From a virus, in IMG/VR virus record IMGVR_UViG_3300045988_101835: 64,000 nt of DNA. One strand, 5' to 3'. Both the position numbers and the translations under genes were made by a program. Below the pieces are notes generated by a model. It was not told where the DNA came from. It saw only the letters and a program-made list of their open reading frames with translations, and did no database searches. Position 1 is the first letter of the stretch. Each line of letters starts with the position of its first letter. Positions 34,769 through 43,545 of this stretch are shown here, piece by piece.

Positions 34769-35593
34769 ATGATAGTTCAGCTTCCGTCTAATGGTATCTT
34801 TGGTCTCACGCAGACTGTTTTAAACACGCCGCTTGTCGGTCATCTTTCCCAGCTTGCTTCTACGGATTACACGGAGGAGCAGATTCGTCAGGAGTTTGTT
34901 CGTATGCTTCTGGCTCACCCGGAGGACCTTGAGCGCATGACTATCTGCGACCGCGATTACTTGTTCATGATCGCTGCGTCGGGTGTTTGTATGAACCAGA
35001 TCACTACGGACTTTGTTTGTCCTGTGTGTAAGGATGGTGGCAAGGACGTTGTCAGCTCTGTTGTTTATGACATTACTCAGCAGGAGGTTATTGAGCTTGC
35101 GCCTAAGACGCCGTCGGAGGTTAAGAAGACTTGGGATGACTTGGGTGTGGAGTATACTTACCGTATTCTCCGTGCTTCGGACGAGGAGCGCTTGGTCGAA
35201 TATGCTTTAGCCGATTACGATCATTACAGTCTTCGTTATGAGCAGGCTTTCATGGCTGCTACGCTTGGTCAGGATTGTAGCGATAATGAGGCTATCGCTA
35301 AAGGTATTGACGTCATTAGTCAGTATCCGTTAGCGGTTTACTTCTCGGCGTTACTGTTCACGCAGGTTGCGTTTCATGGTGTTCGTCCGAGTATAATGGG
35401 TAAGTGTCACGAGTGCGGTCGTGATGTTAAGGTTTTGGTTCCTTTTGGGGATACGGTTAAGATGCTTGACTCTGCACGTCTTGTTAACCGTTTCTCTCAG
35501 ATTTCACATATGGTTGACTTCAAGTCTTTCTTGGAGCTTTCTATGCCTATGCTTGCGCAGTTTGAGGCGAATGCGCGTGCTCAGGCTAAGTAG
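34769..35593 (+). CDS. tail/baseplate assembly protein with a Cys4 zinc ribbon
   Basis: MIVQLPSNGIFG... has an N-terminus reminiscent of T4-type baseplate-hub assembly proteins. It contains CPVC...CHEC and sits between the tube and tape-measure genes. Confidence 0.35.
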   Translation: MIVQLPSNGIFGLTQTVLNTPLVGHLSQLASTDYTEEQIRQEFVRMLLAHPEDLERMTICDRDYLFMIAASGVCMNQITTDFVCPVCKDGGKDVVSSVVYDITQQEVIELAPKTPSEVKKTWDDLGVEYTYRILRASDEERLVEYALADYDHYSLRYEQAFMAATLGQDCSDNEAIAKGIDVISQYPLAVYFSALLFTQVAFHGVRPSIMGKCHECGRDVKVLVPFGDTVKMLDSARLVNRFSQISHMVDFKSFLELSMPMLAQFEANARAQAK

Positions 35594-35605
35594 TGGTGTT
35601 GTTAT

Positions 35606-38050
35606 ATGGCGTCGGACGAGAAGTTTAAAATTAGCGGCCTGAATGCCGCACTGGATGAGTATTTGGAGAAGATTGACAAGGTCAATCTTAGCCGCAAGGA
35701 CCTTCTTGCCAACAAGGAGCTTCTGGAGGATTCCTTGAAGTTGCTGGCTTCGCTGGATGATAAGATGAAGACGATTGAGTCTTCGTCTGCTTCGTCTTCC
35801 GAGAAGTCAGCCCGTTTAGCTTTGCTTGATAGCATCCGTTCTAACGTCATGTCGGGGAAGCCCGTTGATTCGTTGCTTACACAGGAGTCCCGTATTTCGG
35901 ATTTAGCACGCCGGGGTTCGGGTGCTGCATCGTTTCCGCGCATTTCCTCTAGTGAGCGTGTTGGTCTTCTGCGTGTTTCGGAGCGTGTTGCCGCCGCGGG
36001 GTTAGGTTCTACGCTTGGGGGCTTGTCTCCCCGCCAGCTTGATGCTATGCTTTCGTGGGCTACCCGCTCGGGCGGTGGTCCGGGTCGGTCCGGCATGAGT
36101 GCTGCTTTACAGTCGAGTGCTTTTGAGCTTGGTAGCAGCTTGACTTCGGGTGGCACGTGGGATCGCCTTCGTTCCACGTCTGATGATCATCTTATTGATT
36201 CTTTGGACGAGGCTGAGCGTGAGGAGAAGTTCGATCAGTCGGTGGCTACTATTCAGACTACGTCGGATGCGATCCTTGCTTCTTTGGGCAAGCCTACGAA
36301 GGGTGCGCCAGCGCGCCTTGAGCCTAGACAGGCAAAGCCGTCTAAGAGTGGCCGTGGTGATTGGTGGTCCACTTTGAAGTTGCTGGGCGGCATTGCGGGG
36401 ACGGTTGGCGTTCTGTATGGTCTTTTCAGCAATCAGAAGGTTCAGCAGTGGTTGAACGATGTTCTTCTCAATCCGGATAAGTGGAAGGAGTGGGGCGATA
36501 AGATAGATGCTATCTGGAATCGTCTTGGAGATGTATTCAACTTGGTTATGTCTTCTACCAAGTCTACCCGTGATGCTACTATTGCTTCTGCTAACGCAGG
36601 GTATGAGCTTTATAAGAGCATGGATTCCGATTTGCAGGGTTATGTTAATAGCTTCAATAGGGATGTTGGAGGTATGCAGCCGATGCGTGTTCTCGGCTTA
36701 TCGGATATTGATCGTTCTGTTGCTGCGTCGGGGGTTGACGAGGCTTTGTCTGCTGCTGCTAAGCTAGGGTTCGGTGCTTTGGGTGCAGGCGTTGTACTGA
36801 AGAAGGGTTTATCTGCCTTGTACGCTGGTGGTCCTGCGAGTGCTGCTGCTTTGGCGTTGTTCTCCATTAAGGCGTGGTCTGAGATTAAGGAGACTCAGCG
36901 CAAGACTTTTAATATTGTCTCTGCCGCGTGGGCCGTTGAGCATGGCTTAGCCGCGGCTTATCTTTTCACTGAGGGTTCGGGGTCGTCTCCGTCGTTGGTT
37001 GCTTTGGGTAAGATCGAGGATGCTTCTGGGACGACTTCCTATGATTCCTTGTCTCCCCAAGAGCAGATGGGCTACTCCACATCGTTGTTGCTTCAGGTAG
37101 AGTCGGAGCGCCAGCGATCTAATTCTTATGCTTTGCTGTCTTCTGCTTTCTCATCCAATCCTGCTATGTATGCAGAGTTGGTCTTGGGTAAGTCTGGTTT
37201 GTCGCCCGACGCTGCTCGTGGTGAGCTTATGGATTGGCTGAGTAAGTCTTCTCCGGAGGAGCGTCGTGCTTTCCTTGCTCAGCATCCTGAGATTTATCGG
37301 ATGATTACGAGTGGTAACGTTGGTCTTGAGCTTGGTCGCCCTGCAGATTATTTAGGTCGTGCAAATGGTATGTATTCCCATTTGTTCTTTAATACTGTAG
37401 ACAGTGCTATGGCTGCGAGTGCTCAGGGTTACGAAGGTGGTGAGTCAGACCCGGCCTTTGTAGAGGCTTGGGATAAGATTGCTCGCGGTGAGGTTAACGT
37501 AGCACCATCCGGTCGTGGCTTGCTTCGCACTGCGGACATGCAGCGTCAGTATGATGCTTTGCGCGATCCGCGCGTGGTAGGTTATCAGACTGCGGCTTCA
37601 TTCAATATCCTCAGTATGTTTGCAGGTGATAATGTGGATGCTGGGATAATGAAGTTAGGTATGAAGGGCGCTACGGGTCGCCGTGCATCTGCAGGAGCTT
37701 TGGCAGACTTCCAGCGTGCTTTGGCGTTGCGTAACATTCGTCTTCGTGGAGGTGATTCTGCGGTGGTACCTGAACTTCAGCTTTCCACTTTCTTGCCTAG
37801 TATTGCGGGGTCTATACAGACTACGACGAGTTCTGCTGCTCCGAAGCTGGAGGAGTATGTTTCTGCTTCCGATTTAAAGTTGGATGCTTTGCTGTACAAG
37901 GTTGACACTTTAGCCCATCAGTTGGATGTCCTTCGTGAGTATCGGGCATCGTCACCGTCGACCTCTGAGGGTTCCGGCAATGCTACTATGGTCAATAACA
38001 ATTCTACCACGGTCATTCGTACCGCTAACGATCCTACAGGCTCTATGTAA
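35606..38050 (+). CDS. tape measure protein
   Basis: 814 aa. Coiled-coil N-terminus, Gly/Ala-rich hydrophobic central segments, and a position upstream of the baseplate genes. Confidence 0.6.
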   Translation: MASDEKFKISGLNAALDEYLEKIDKVNLSRKDLLANKELLEDSLKLLASLDDKMKTIESSSASSSEKSARLALLDSIRSNVMSGKPVDSLLTQESRISDLARRGSGAASFPRISSSERVGLLRVSERVAAAGLGSTLGGLSPRQLDAMLSWATRSGGGPGRSGMSAALQSSAFELGSSLTSGGTWDRLRSTSDDHLIDSLDEAEREEKFDQSVATIQTTSDAILASLGKPTKGAPARLEPRQAKPSKSGRGDWWSTLKLLGGIAGTVGVLYGLFSNQKVQQWLNDVLLNPDKWKEWGDKIDAIWNRLGDVFNLVMSSTKSTRDATIASANAGYELYKSMDSDLQGYVNSFNRDVGGMQPMRVLGLSDIDRSVAASGVDEALSAAAKLGFGALGAGVVLKKGLSALYAGGPASAAALALFSIKAWSEIKETQRKTFNIVSAAWAVEHGLAAAYLFTEGSGSSPSLVALGKIEDASGTTSYDSLSPQEQMGYSTSLLLQVESERQRSNSYALLSSAFSSNPAMYAELVLGKSGLSPDAARGELMDWLSKSSPEERRAFLAQHPEIYRMITSGNVGLELGRPADYLGRANGMYSHLFFNTVDSAMAASAQGYEGGESDPAFVEAWDKIARGEVNVAPSGRGLLRTADMQRQYDALRDPRVVGYQTAASFNILSMFAGDNVDAGIMKLGMKGATGRRASAGALADFQRALALRNIRLRGGDSAVVPELQLSTFLPSIAGSIQTTTSSAAPKLEEYVSASDLKLDALLYKVDTLAHQLDVLREYRASSPSTSEGSGNATMVNNNSTTVIRTANDPTGSM

Positions 38051-39621
38051 TGCAGAGGGCAGAGGTTGACATACAGGGTGCGGGTGTTGATGCTTTTCTG
38101 GCTCTTTCCGCAGAGACGCTGCAGGTCTGGGCTGCGGCTATGGCCCAACTGTCTTCGGAGGATGTTGCGGATGCAGAGCTGCCTGCCATGTCTCCGTCTG
38201 CCTTACGTGCTTACATTGAGTCTCATGACATAGATGATGTTGCGGATGATGCCGAGCGTTCTGCTTCTACGGATGATGACGAGGATGGCGGTGGGGTTCT
38301 AGGCTGGCTTCTGCGTCGTGCGGGGAGTGCTGCTATTCCTGCGTCGGTTAAGGCGGGCCTTGCTCTTTTGGATATTGTGATGTCTGTAGGTCAGGCTGCC
38401 TTGTGGGGTTTTCTCCTGTTTGGCGGCTTCAAATTGATCCACCGGGCATCTATCGCCAAGTTAAAGATCGACGGCTCAGAATCTGATTTTACGACGGAGT
38501 GGGCTTTGGTTCCTACGTGGTTTTCGGAACTTGCCACCGGGTCCGGGGGTGGTGCAGTTGTTCGAGGTACTCGGGCTTACTCGGAGGTTCAGGGCTATGT
38601 TGGTTCTGAGTTATATAAGCTTCTTGTCGGTGAGGAGTACGCCCGTGAGGATAAGGGTGTTGTTTCTACCGAGTATGGTATTATTGACTCACTTCATAGT
38701 AGACCTCACTCTGGTCTTGATTTGCGTATTGCTGGAGGCACTCCTTTGCGGTCTTTAGGTGATGGTGTTGTGACTCGCGTCTGGGAGGGCGGTTCAGGCG
38801 GCAAATCGCTCCAGATTACGCTTGATAACGGCATAGTGATAGGCATGGCCCACCTGCAGGACAATTCGCTTGTTCCGGTGGGCACACGTGTCCGCAAAGG
38901 GGACGTTGTAGCCGTTTCCGGTAATACGGGTACACATACTACTGGTGCTCATCTTCATATTACTTTCCGGCGTGCTTCGAATATGGGTTCGACGGTTAAT
39001 CCTGCTTCCATCATGCCGGAGTTAGGTATTTCAGTTCCTATGGCACAGACATCTTCTTTTCCGGCAGATAGACAGGCTCAGGGTTATTCTATTACTCTAG
39101 GTTCCTCCTTAGCTAAGAATGCTTATAATTTGACAGGCTTGCAGGCTTTCGGCACACAGTGGAAAGGCAAGTCGGGTACGGTTCAAGCTTCTGGGGGTCG
39201 TGTTTTCGAGCGCTTCACTTCTCCGGAGTGGAGTCTTCGTGCTACTATGGGTACCCTTTTGAACTACCAGACTCGGAAGGACATTTCCCGGTCTGGGGGT
39301 GCTTGGACTACCATTGGTGATATTTCCCGTATGTATGTAGGCGGAGGTTACACGAACCGTCCGGCTTACGAAGGGGATGATATTGTTCAGTATGCCCGTA
39401 ACATTTCGGAGTTTTCCGGTTATGGTGTTGATGAGCGTATTGATGTTCGCCGTCCGGAGGTCATTGAGAAGCTCACACAGGCTATTGCCCGTCAGGAGTC
39501 TTTTTCGATTGTTTCGGATACGGCTATTAAGCAGGTTCGTGCTGTTGCTTTCAATGACTTCTCGTCGGCAGTGAATAAGCAGGATGTTTCGGGGCTTAGT
39601 TCCAACTATCAGAAGTTTTGA
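38050..39621 (+). CDS. tail-associated M23 peptidase (peptidoglycan hydrolase)
   Basis: HSGLDLRIAGGTPLRSLGDG...GNTGTHTTGAHLHITF gives the HxxxD and HxH M23 motifs. Its start overlaps the TMP stop (TAATG). Confidence 0.75.
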   Translation: MQRAEVDIQGAGVDAFLALSAETLQVWAAAMAQLSSEDVADAELPAMSPSALRAYIESHDIDDVADDAERSASTDDDEDGGGVLGWLLRRAGSAAIPASVKAGLALLDIVMSVGQAALWGFLLFGGFKLIHRASIAKLKIDGSESDFTTEWALVPTWFSELATGSGGGAVVRGTRAYSEVQGYVGSELYKLLVGEEYAREDKGVVSTEYGIIDSLHSRPHSGLDLRIAGGTPLRSLGDGVVTRVWEGGSGGKSLQITLDNGIVIGMAHLQDNSLVPVGTRVRKGDVVAVSGNTGTHTTGAHLHITFRRASNMGSTVNPASIMPELGISVPMAQTSSFPADRQAQGYSITLGSSLAKNAYNLTGLQAFGTQWKGKSGTVQASGGRVFERFTSPEWSLRATMGTLLNYQTRKDISRSGGAWTTIGDISRMYVGGGYTNRPAYEGDDIVQYARNISEFSGYGVDERIDVRRPEVIEKLTQAIARQESFSIVSDTAIKQVRAVAFNDFSSAVNKQDVSGLSSNYQKF

Positions 39622-39667
39622 CGAGCACATACGTATATGTAGGGACTTACTATTTTATTACGATGAC

Positions 39668-39689
39668 AGGCCGGGGCTTTCCTCGGCCT
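39668..39689 (+). terminator. GC-rich hairpin (possible terminator with a weak U tract)
   Basis: A 9-bp stem AGGCCGGGG/CCTCGGCCT with loop CTTT, followed by TCGTTGTGGTTT. Confidence 0.4.
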
Positions 39690-39790
39690 TCGTTGTGGTT
39701 TATGGGGGTTATGCGGGGTTGTGAGTTGTGAGTTGTGGGTTGTGCGGGTTCCGGTATGTTGTGTGGATTTGGTTTCGGCCTTCGTTGTGG
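39683..39790 (+). repeat. G/T-rich intergenic repeats
   Basis: The 16-nt perfect direct repeat TCGGCCTTCGTTGTGG occurs at 39683-98 and 39775-90. Four tandem heptads GTTGTGA/GTTGTGA/GTTGTGG/GTTGTGC occupy 39718-45. Confidence 0.7.
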
Positions 39791-39846
39791 GTTCCGGGTT
39801 TTACTTAGGGTTGTGTATGCCGTATGGTTGTGGTGTTGGTTTTAAG

Positions 39847-39866
39847 CAATTATATATCCTAGAAAT
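39847..39866 (+). promoter_or_regulatory. late-promoter motif copy 7
   Basis: CAATTATATATCCTAGAAAT, 10 nt upstream of ATG 39876. Confidence 0.6.
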
Positions 39867-39875
39867 AGTTTTGTG

Positions 39876-40793
39876 ATGTCATTGAGTGTCCAACAGATCC
39901 GGGATTTAAATAAGATACGGCTTTTTGTTACGAGCTGTAGTGATCCTGCAGGTGAGTACTCCGATGGTAGTTCTAGCACTGCTGGTGTTTGGAGCTTCGG
40001 TATGTACTCTGAGGGTGGTCTTGGTCTTGAGGCACCTATCAAGACGACGTCTGTCTTCGGTGCGCTTCCGGGTAGTGGCTTCGGTGATACTATTGTTGGT
40101 CAGACTTTGGGTTCTGCGCTTCAGGTTGGCTGGGGTTTGGTTCCTCAGGTTGACTATCCCCATAAGTTTAAGTTTCAGGGTAGCGAGCCTTTGAGTTTTA
40201 GTGTTAAGTGCTACTTGGTTTTGGAGACGAGCGTGCAGCATGATTTCTTTGCCCCTTTGCTTCGGTTGTTTTTCCTTACTTACCCTCGTCGTACTACCGA
40301 TCCTGATTCGGGTGCTGCTATTAGTGTTCAGGATTGGTTCCGTGATCATGCTTCGGAGTTGGACGCTTCTATTCAGGATTGGATTTCGGCCTTAAATACT
40401 CCGTCTACACGTAATATTTACGATTTTCTCAGTAAGCTTTCGTCGGGCGCTGCGGACGCTGTTTCTGGTGTTGCGGACTTCGTTGATAAGTATGTAGGTA
40501 GTGTTTATCCTTTGGTTACGCCTCCTACGTTTCGGACTAGGGGTAGTAATACACCTAGTCGTTTTCCGTGGGGTGGTCAGGTAAGATATTACCAGACTTC
40601 GGGTAGCGGTTTGGCTTTGGGTTACGGTCGGACTTATGTTGATGATGTTTTCATCCGTAGTTTGAGTGTTCGTATTCCGGAGTTGTATTATGACGGTGGT
40701 TTTCCGCAGGTTATAGAGGTTGACCTGTCGTTTGAGACGTTGCGTGTTGCTACTGCGGATATGCTTTACGGTGCGGTTACGGGTCGTCTTTAG
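39876..40793 (+). CDS. baseplate hub or distal tail protein (by position)
   Basis: 305-aa ORF, the first gene after a late-promoter copy and downstream of TMP and the lysin. Confidence 0.4.
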   Translation: MSLSVQQIRDLNKIRLFVTSCSDPAGEYSDGSSSTAGVWSFGMYSEGGLGLEAPIKTTSVFGALPGSGFGDTIVGQTLGSALQVGWGLVPQVDYPHKFKFQGSEPLSFSVKCYLVLETSVQHDFFAPLLRLFFLTYPRRTTDPDSGAAISVQDWFRDHASELDASIQDWISALNTPSTRNIYDFLSKLSSGAADAVSGVADFVDKYVGSVYPLVTPPTFRTRGSNTPSRFPWGGQVRYYQTSGSGLALGYGRTYVDDVFIRSLSVRIPELYYDGGFPQVIEVDLSFETLRVATADMLYGAVTGRL

Positions 40794-40811
40794 TTTAAAA
40801 ATCTTTTTGTA

Positions 40812-41036
40812 ATGACTATTGAGGAGGCTTATCAGAGTTACGGGAGTCTTACATATGAGACGAGTGTCGGGTGCAATCTGTTATGGTTGTGCCGTGAGTT
40901 GTACGGGAGTGATTCTAGTTATTACCGCAGGATTCTTCGCGTATTGAATCCTCGTATTAACTGGCTTTCTATTCCTAGCGGTGTTTCTATAAGTTATCTG
41001 AGTCCGGACATTGTTTCGGGCTTGAGTTTGCAGTAG
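40812..41036 (+). CDS. LysM-like tail protein X (P2 gpX-like)
   Basis: 74 aa. LCRELYGSDSSYYRRILRVLNPRINWLSIPSGVSISYL fits a LysM-type pattern, and the position precedes a gpD-sized gene. Confidence 0.45.
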   Translation: MTIEEAYQSYGSLTYETSVGCNLLWLCRELYGSDSSYYRRILRVLNPRINWLSIPSGVSISYLSPDIVSGLSLQ

Positions 41037-41047
41037 GGGTCTATGTT

Positions 41048-41968
41048 ATGAGTTCTCTGATCTTACGTGTTGGTTCCTTGGAGTTTACGCCTACGAGTTG
41101 GAGTTTCGAGGAGAGTGTTTGGAAGTACTGCCCTGAGTTACGGTTCACGCTTCGTTCTGCTTTGCCTAGTGACGTTTTCACGTTTGGGGACAGCGACGTT
41201 TCATGGGTTGTTATTTCGTGCGTGGGGTCTGGGGACGATAAGTATGACTACGTATGCTATCCTAAGAGCTTCTGGGATCAGTGTAACGTTGTTAGCGACT
41301 GCGTTAATGGTGATTACACGTTGCCGGAGTTGTGTAGTGTTCTGGGTCTTCCTTTTTATAATGGTCATAGTGGTAGTAGCTTTTCGCGCTTCCGCTGGGT
41401 TCTGCCACGTCTTCGTGGTATTAAGTTGCTTGATGCCTTGACGCTTGGGGGCGCCTGCCTCGGTGGTGGTTGTAGTACTTTGCATTACGACGCTTCTGGG
41501 GGTTATATTTTTAACGATCTGTTATTGTGGAGTTCTAGTGATCTTAGTAGCAGTAGATTTAGCTTTTTAGGCCGAGGTGGTAGTCCTAGTCTTGACCGTG
41601 GTTGGCAGACGGATGTTCCGGGGGTTGTTGACTTTTACTTCGATGGTGATGGTGGCGTTGGTTCGCTTCGTCGTGAGCTTTTTCGTGGTGGGAGCGGCGT
41701 TGGCGGCTTTCATCTGTATATGAGTAATGACAGCGTTTGTGAGCGTCGCGTTTGGGAGAGCCGTAATCGTTTCTGGCGTTCCTTCTTCCGTGGTAGCTTG
41801 GTCCAGTTTAGCGGTGTCCAGATTGTCGGGGGTTATATCGGTGCTGGGTGCTTATGTCGCCATATGGACGCCGTAGGGGAATCGGGCCGTGGTTACATCT
41901 GCTGTGGTTATCGTACTGCTTATAGTGGTTCTGTTCAGGATATAACGCTGGATTGCGTTTTGGTTTGA
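41048..41968 (+). CDS. baseplate hub protein (P2 gpD-like, by position)
   Basis: 306 aa, between the gpX-like and gpV-like genes. Confidence 0.35.
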   Translation: MSSLILRVGSLEFTPTSWSFEESVWKYCPELRFTLRSALPSDVFTFGDSDVSWVVISCVGSGDDKYDYVCYPKSFWDQCNVVSDCVNGDYTLPELCSVLGLPFYNGHSGSSFSRFRWVLPRLRGIKLLDALTLGGACLGGGCSTLHYDASGGYIFNDLLLWSSSDLSSSRFSFLGRGGSPSLDRGWQTDVPGVVDFYFDGDGGVGSLRRELFRGGSGVGGFHLYMSNDSVCERRVWESRNRFWRSFFRGSLVQFSGVQIVGGYIGAGCLCRHMDAVGESGRGYICCGYRTAYSGSVQDITLDCVLV

Positions 41969-42018
41969 TTTGTCCTTCGTTGTAGGTTTGTGAGTTGTTC
42001 TCCTTATTTGTTGTAGGG

Positions 42019-42552
42019 ATGTTGATAAAGGCTTTGGTTGTAGGCGGTAGTTCTAGTGATCCGTCTGGTGAGGGTCGTGTTGAGCTACGGAGTTCTAATG
42101 TCTGGGATCGGAGTTTGCGTATTCCGGTTGTGGGTAATGCGCCTTTGAATGAGGGTGACGTTGTCTTTGTCGATGTTAGTAATGGCTACGACAGTCCTTT
42201 GGTTCTGGGTCGTAGCCGTGACGGTTCATGGAGTACGCATGCTACGGATTCTGCTTCGGGTTATAACGTTCTGTGGGAGAGTGTGAGTAGTGATGGTTCT
42301 ACATGGGGTGTTGCGTACACTGTAGGTTCCTCGTTTGTTTATGAGAATAGCAGTGGTTTTGTTTTTCGGAGCACGGATGGTAATGTTGTAGTGCACGATG
42401 GTTCTAATCGTGGCGTTGTTAACATTGCGTCTTTGGAGTCCTTCATGCAGGCGGTATTGAAGGATTTGGTTGCAGTTGGTAGTGGTACCAATACGGTTTC
42501 TTACTTTGGCAAGGAGTACTACGAGTTGGAGGATAAGACGTTCACGCATTAA
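42019..42552 (+). CDS. baseplate spike protein (gpV / gp5 OB-fold type)
   Basis: GRVELRSSNVWDRSLRIPVVGNAPLNEGDVVFVDVSNGYDSPLVLG matches the gpV N-terminal pattern. Confidence 0.5.
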   Translation: MLIKALVVGGSSSDPSGEGRVELRSSNVWDRSLRIPVVGNAPLNEGDVVFVDVSNGYDSPLVLGRSRDGSWSTHATDSASGYNVLWESVSSDGSTWGVAYTVGSSFVYENSSGFVFRSTDGNVVVHDGSNRGVVNIASLESFMQAVLKDLVAVGSGTNTVSYFGKEYYELEDKTFTH

Positions 42553-42564
42553 TTGGGGGTGATT

Positions 42565-43116
42565 ATGGCAGTTCCTTTTGGTTTGGATGTTGATGTTTGT
42601 ATCGACGCTAAGTATTCGGCGTCTTTGGATAAGTCGGAGGAGAGTGTTCCGGACGATCCTGCGGAGGGTAAGCGTCGTCGTTCTGCGCTGCGCGAGATGA
42701 TCAAGGACGCGGCGAAGGATTACATTAATCGCAAGTTGGATAAGCTTGACTCACAGTGGGAGAAGTTAGGCGACTCTCTCTCTAAGGTTAAATCCTCCGC
42801 GGAGACGGTTTTGACGGGTTCTGCGACGGGTACCGCGACGGAGGCTGCGGGTACCGCTTTGACGGGTCCTCCGACTACTCCGGCTTCTCCAGCAGGTGCG
42901 GGTATTAAGCTTGCGGGCAGTGGTCTTCGTCAGGCTGCTTCGGGTGCTAAGGACTCTTTGGGTGCCGCCTTGAATGATGCCTCGGTCTTGCTTGGTGACT
43001 GCCGTGACTTGTGCGACGAGCTTGGGGTTACGCAGTTGCCTGCCGTGTCTAATGGTCTAGCTACTATTGAGAATCCTATTAATGTCGCCGCAGCGGTGAT
43101 CTCCGCCATTCCTTGA
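42565..43116 (+). CDS. hypothetical baseplate-module protein
   Basis: About 183 aa with a Gly/Ala/Thr-rich central region. Confidence 0.4.
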   Translation: MAVPFGLDVDVCIDAKYSASLDKSEESVPDDPAEGKRRRSALREMIKDAAKDYINRKLDKLDSQWEKLGDSLSKVKSSAETVLTGSATGTATEAAGTALTGPPTTPASPAGAGIKLAGSGLRQAASGAKDSLGAALNDASVLLGDCRDLCDELGVTQLPAVSNGLATIENPINVAAAVISAIP

Positions 43117-43138
43117 GGGGTTTACGGTTTTCTGGTCT

Positions 43139-43185
43139 AAGCCTTCGCGGTCCTGTTGTGATGCTGCGGGGGCTTTTTGGTTTTG
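43139..43185 (+). terminator. rho-independent terminator
   Basis: A 12-bp stem (3 G.U pairs) AAGCCTTCGCGG / CTGCGGGGGCTT, followed by TTTGGTTTT. Confidence 0.5.
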
Positions 43186-43187
43186 TG

Positions 43188-43207
43188 CAATTATATATCC
43201 CATAAAT
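43188..43207 (+). promoter_or_regulatory. late-promoter motif copy 8
   Basis: CAATTATATATCCCATAAAT, 10 nt upstream of ATG 43217. Confidence 0.6.
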
Positions 43208-43216
43208 CGATGCTTC

Positions 43217-43531
43217 ATGGATTTTCCGTTGGTTTTGTCGGACACTTCTACGTTGAGTTTCGTCTATGGTTATGACGAGCTTAAGCAGGCTTTGTACTTG
43301 CTGTTGAAGACGTGGTATGGTCGCTTTCTGCAGAGTCCTGTTATAGGTTCCCGTGTTTCGCCGCACGTTGTCGAGGAGCTTACGTTGCGTGCGGGTATTT
43401 CGGCTACGATCACGCAGTTGCGTGGTTGTACTTGTGAGGACGTCCGTGTTAGTGGTGATAACGTTGTTGTCCGTGTTTCCTACGGTGGTCGCCTTGATGA
43501 TTTTGAGTATTCGCTGAGTTCGTTTAACTAA
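43217..43531 (+). CDS. baseplate wedge protein (gp25 / GPW-like)
   Basis: 104 aa. LKQALYLLLKTWYGRFLQSPVIGSRV fits the gp25/W motif (i...L.T..GER...P.fGs). Confidence 0.6.
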   Translation: MDFPLVLSDTSTLSFVYGYDELKQALYLLLKTWYGRFLQSPVIGSRVSPHVVEELTLRAGISATITQLRGCTCEDVRVSGDNVVVRVSYGGRLDDFEYSLSSFN

Positions 43532-43545
43532 TTGTCTATAATTGC

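Noticed and set aside
35421-35642. A programmed frameshift product of the tail assembly chaperone upstream of the tape measure (overlapping ORF 35421..35642).
   Set aside because: The overlapping frame encodes an Arg/Leu-rich artefact-like string, and no slippery heptamer was seen near the end of 34769..35593.
39718-39745. A CRISPR-like or other spaced-repeat array.
   Set aside because: There are only four contiguous 7-nt units and one pair of 16-nt direct repeats. There is no repeat-spacer periodicity and no cas genes. Nothing resembling a CRISPR array occurs elsewhere in the window.
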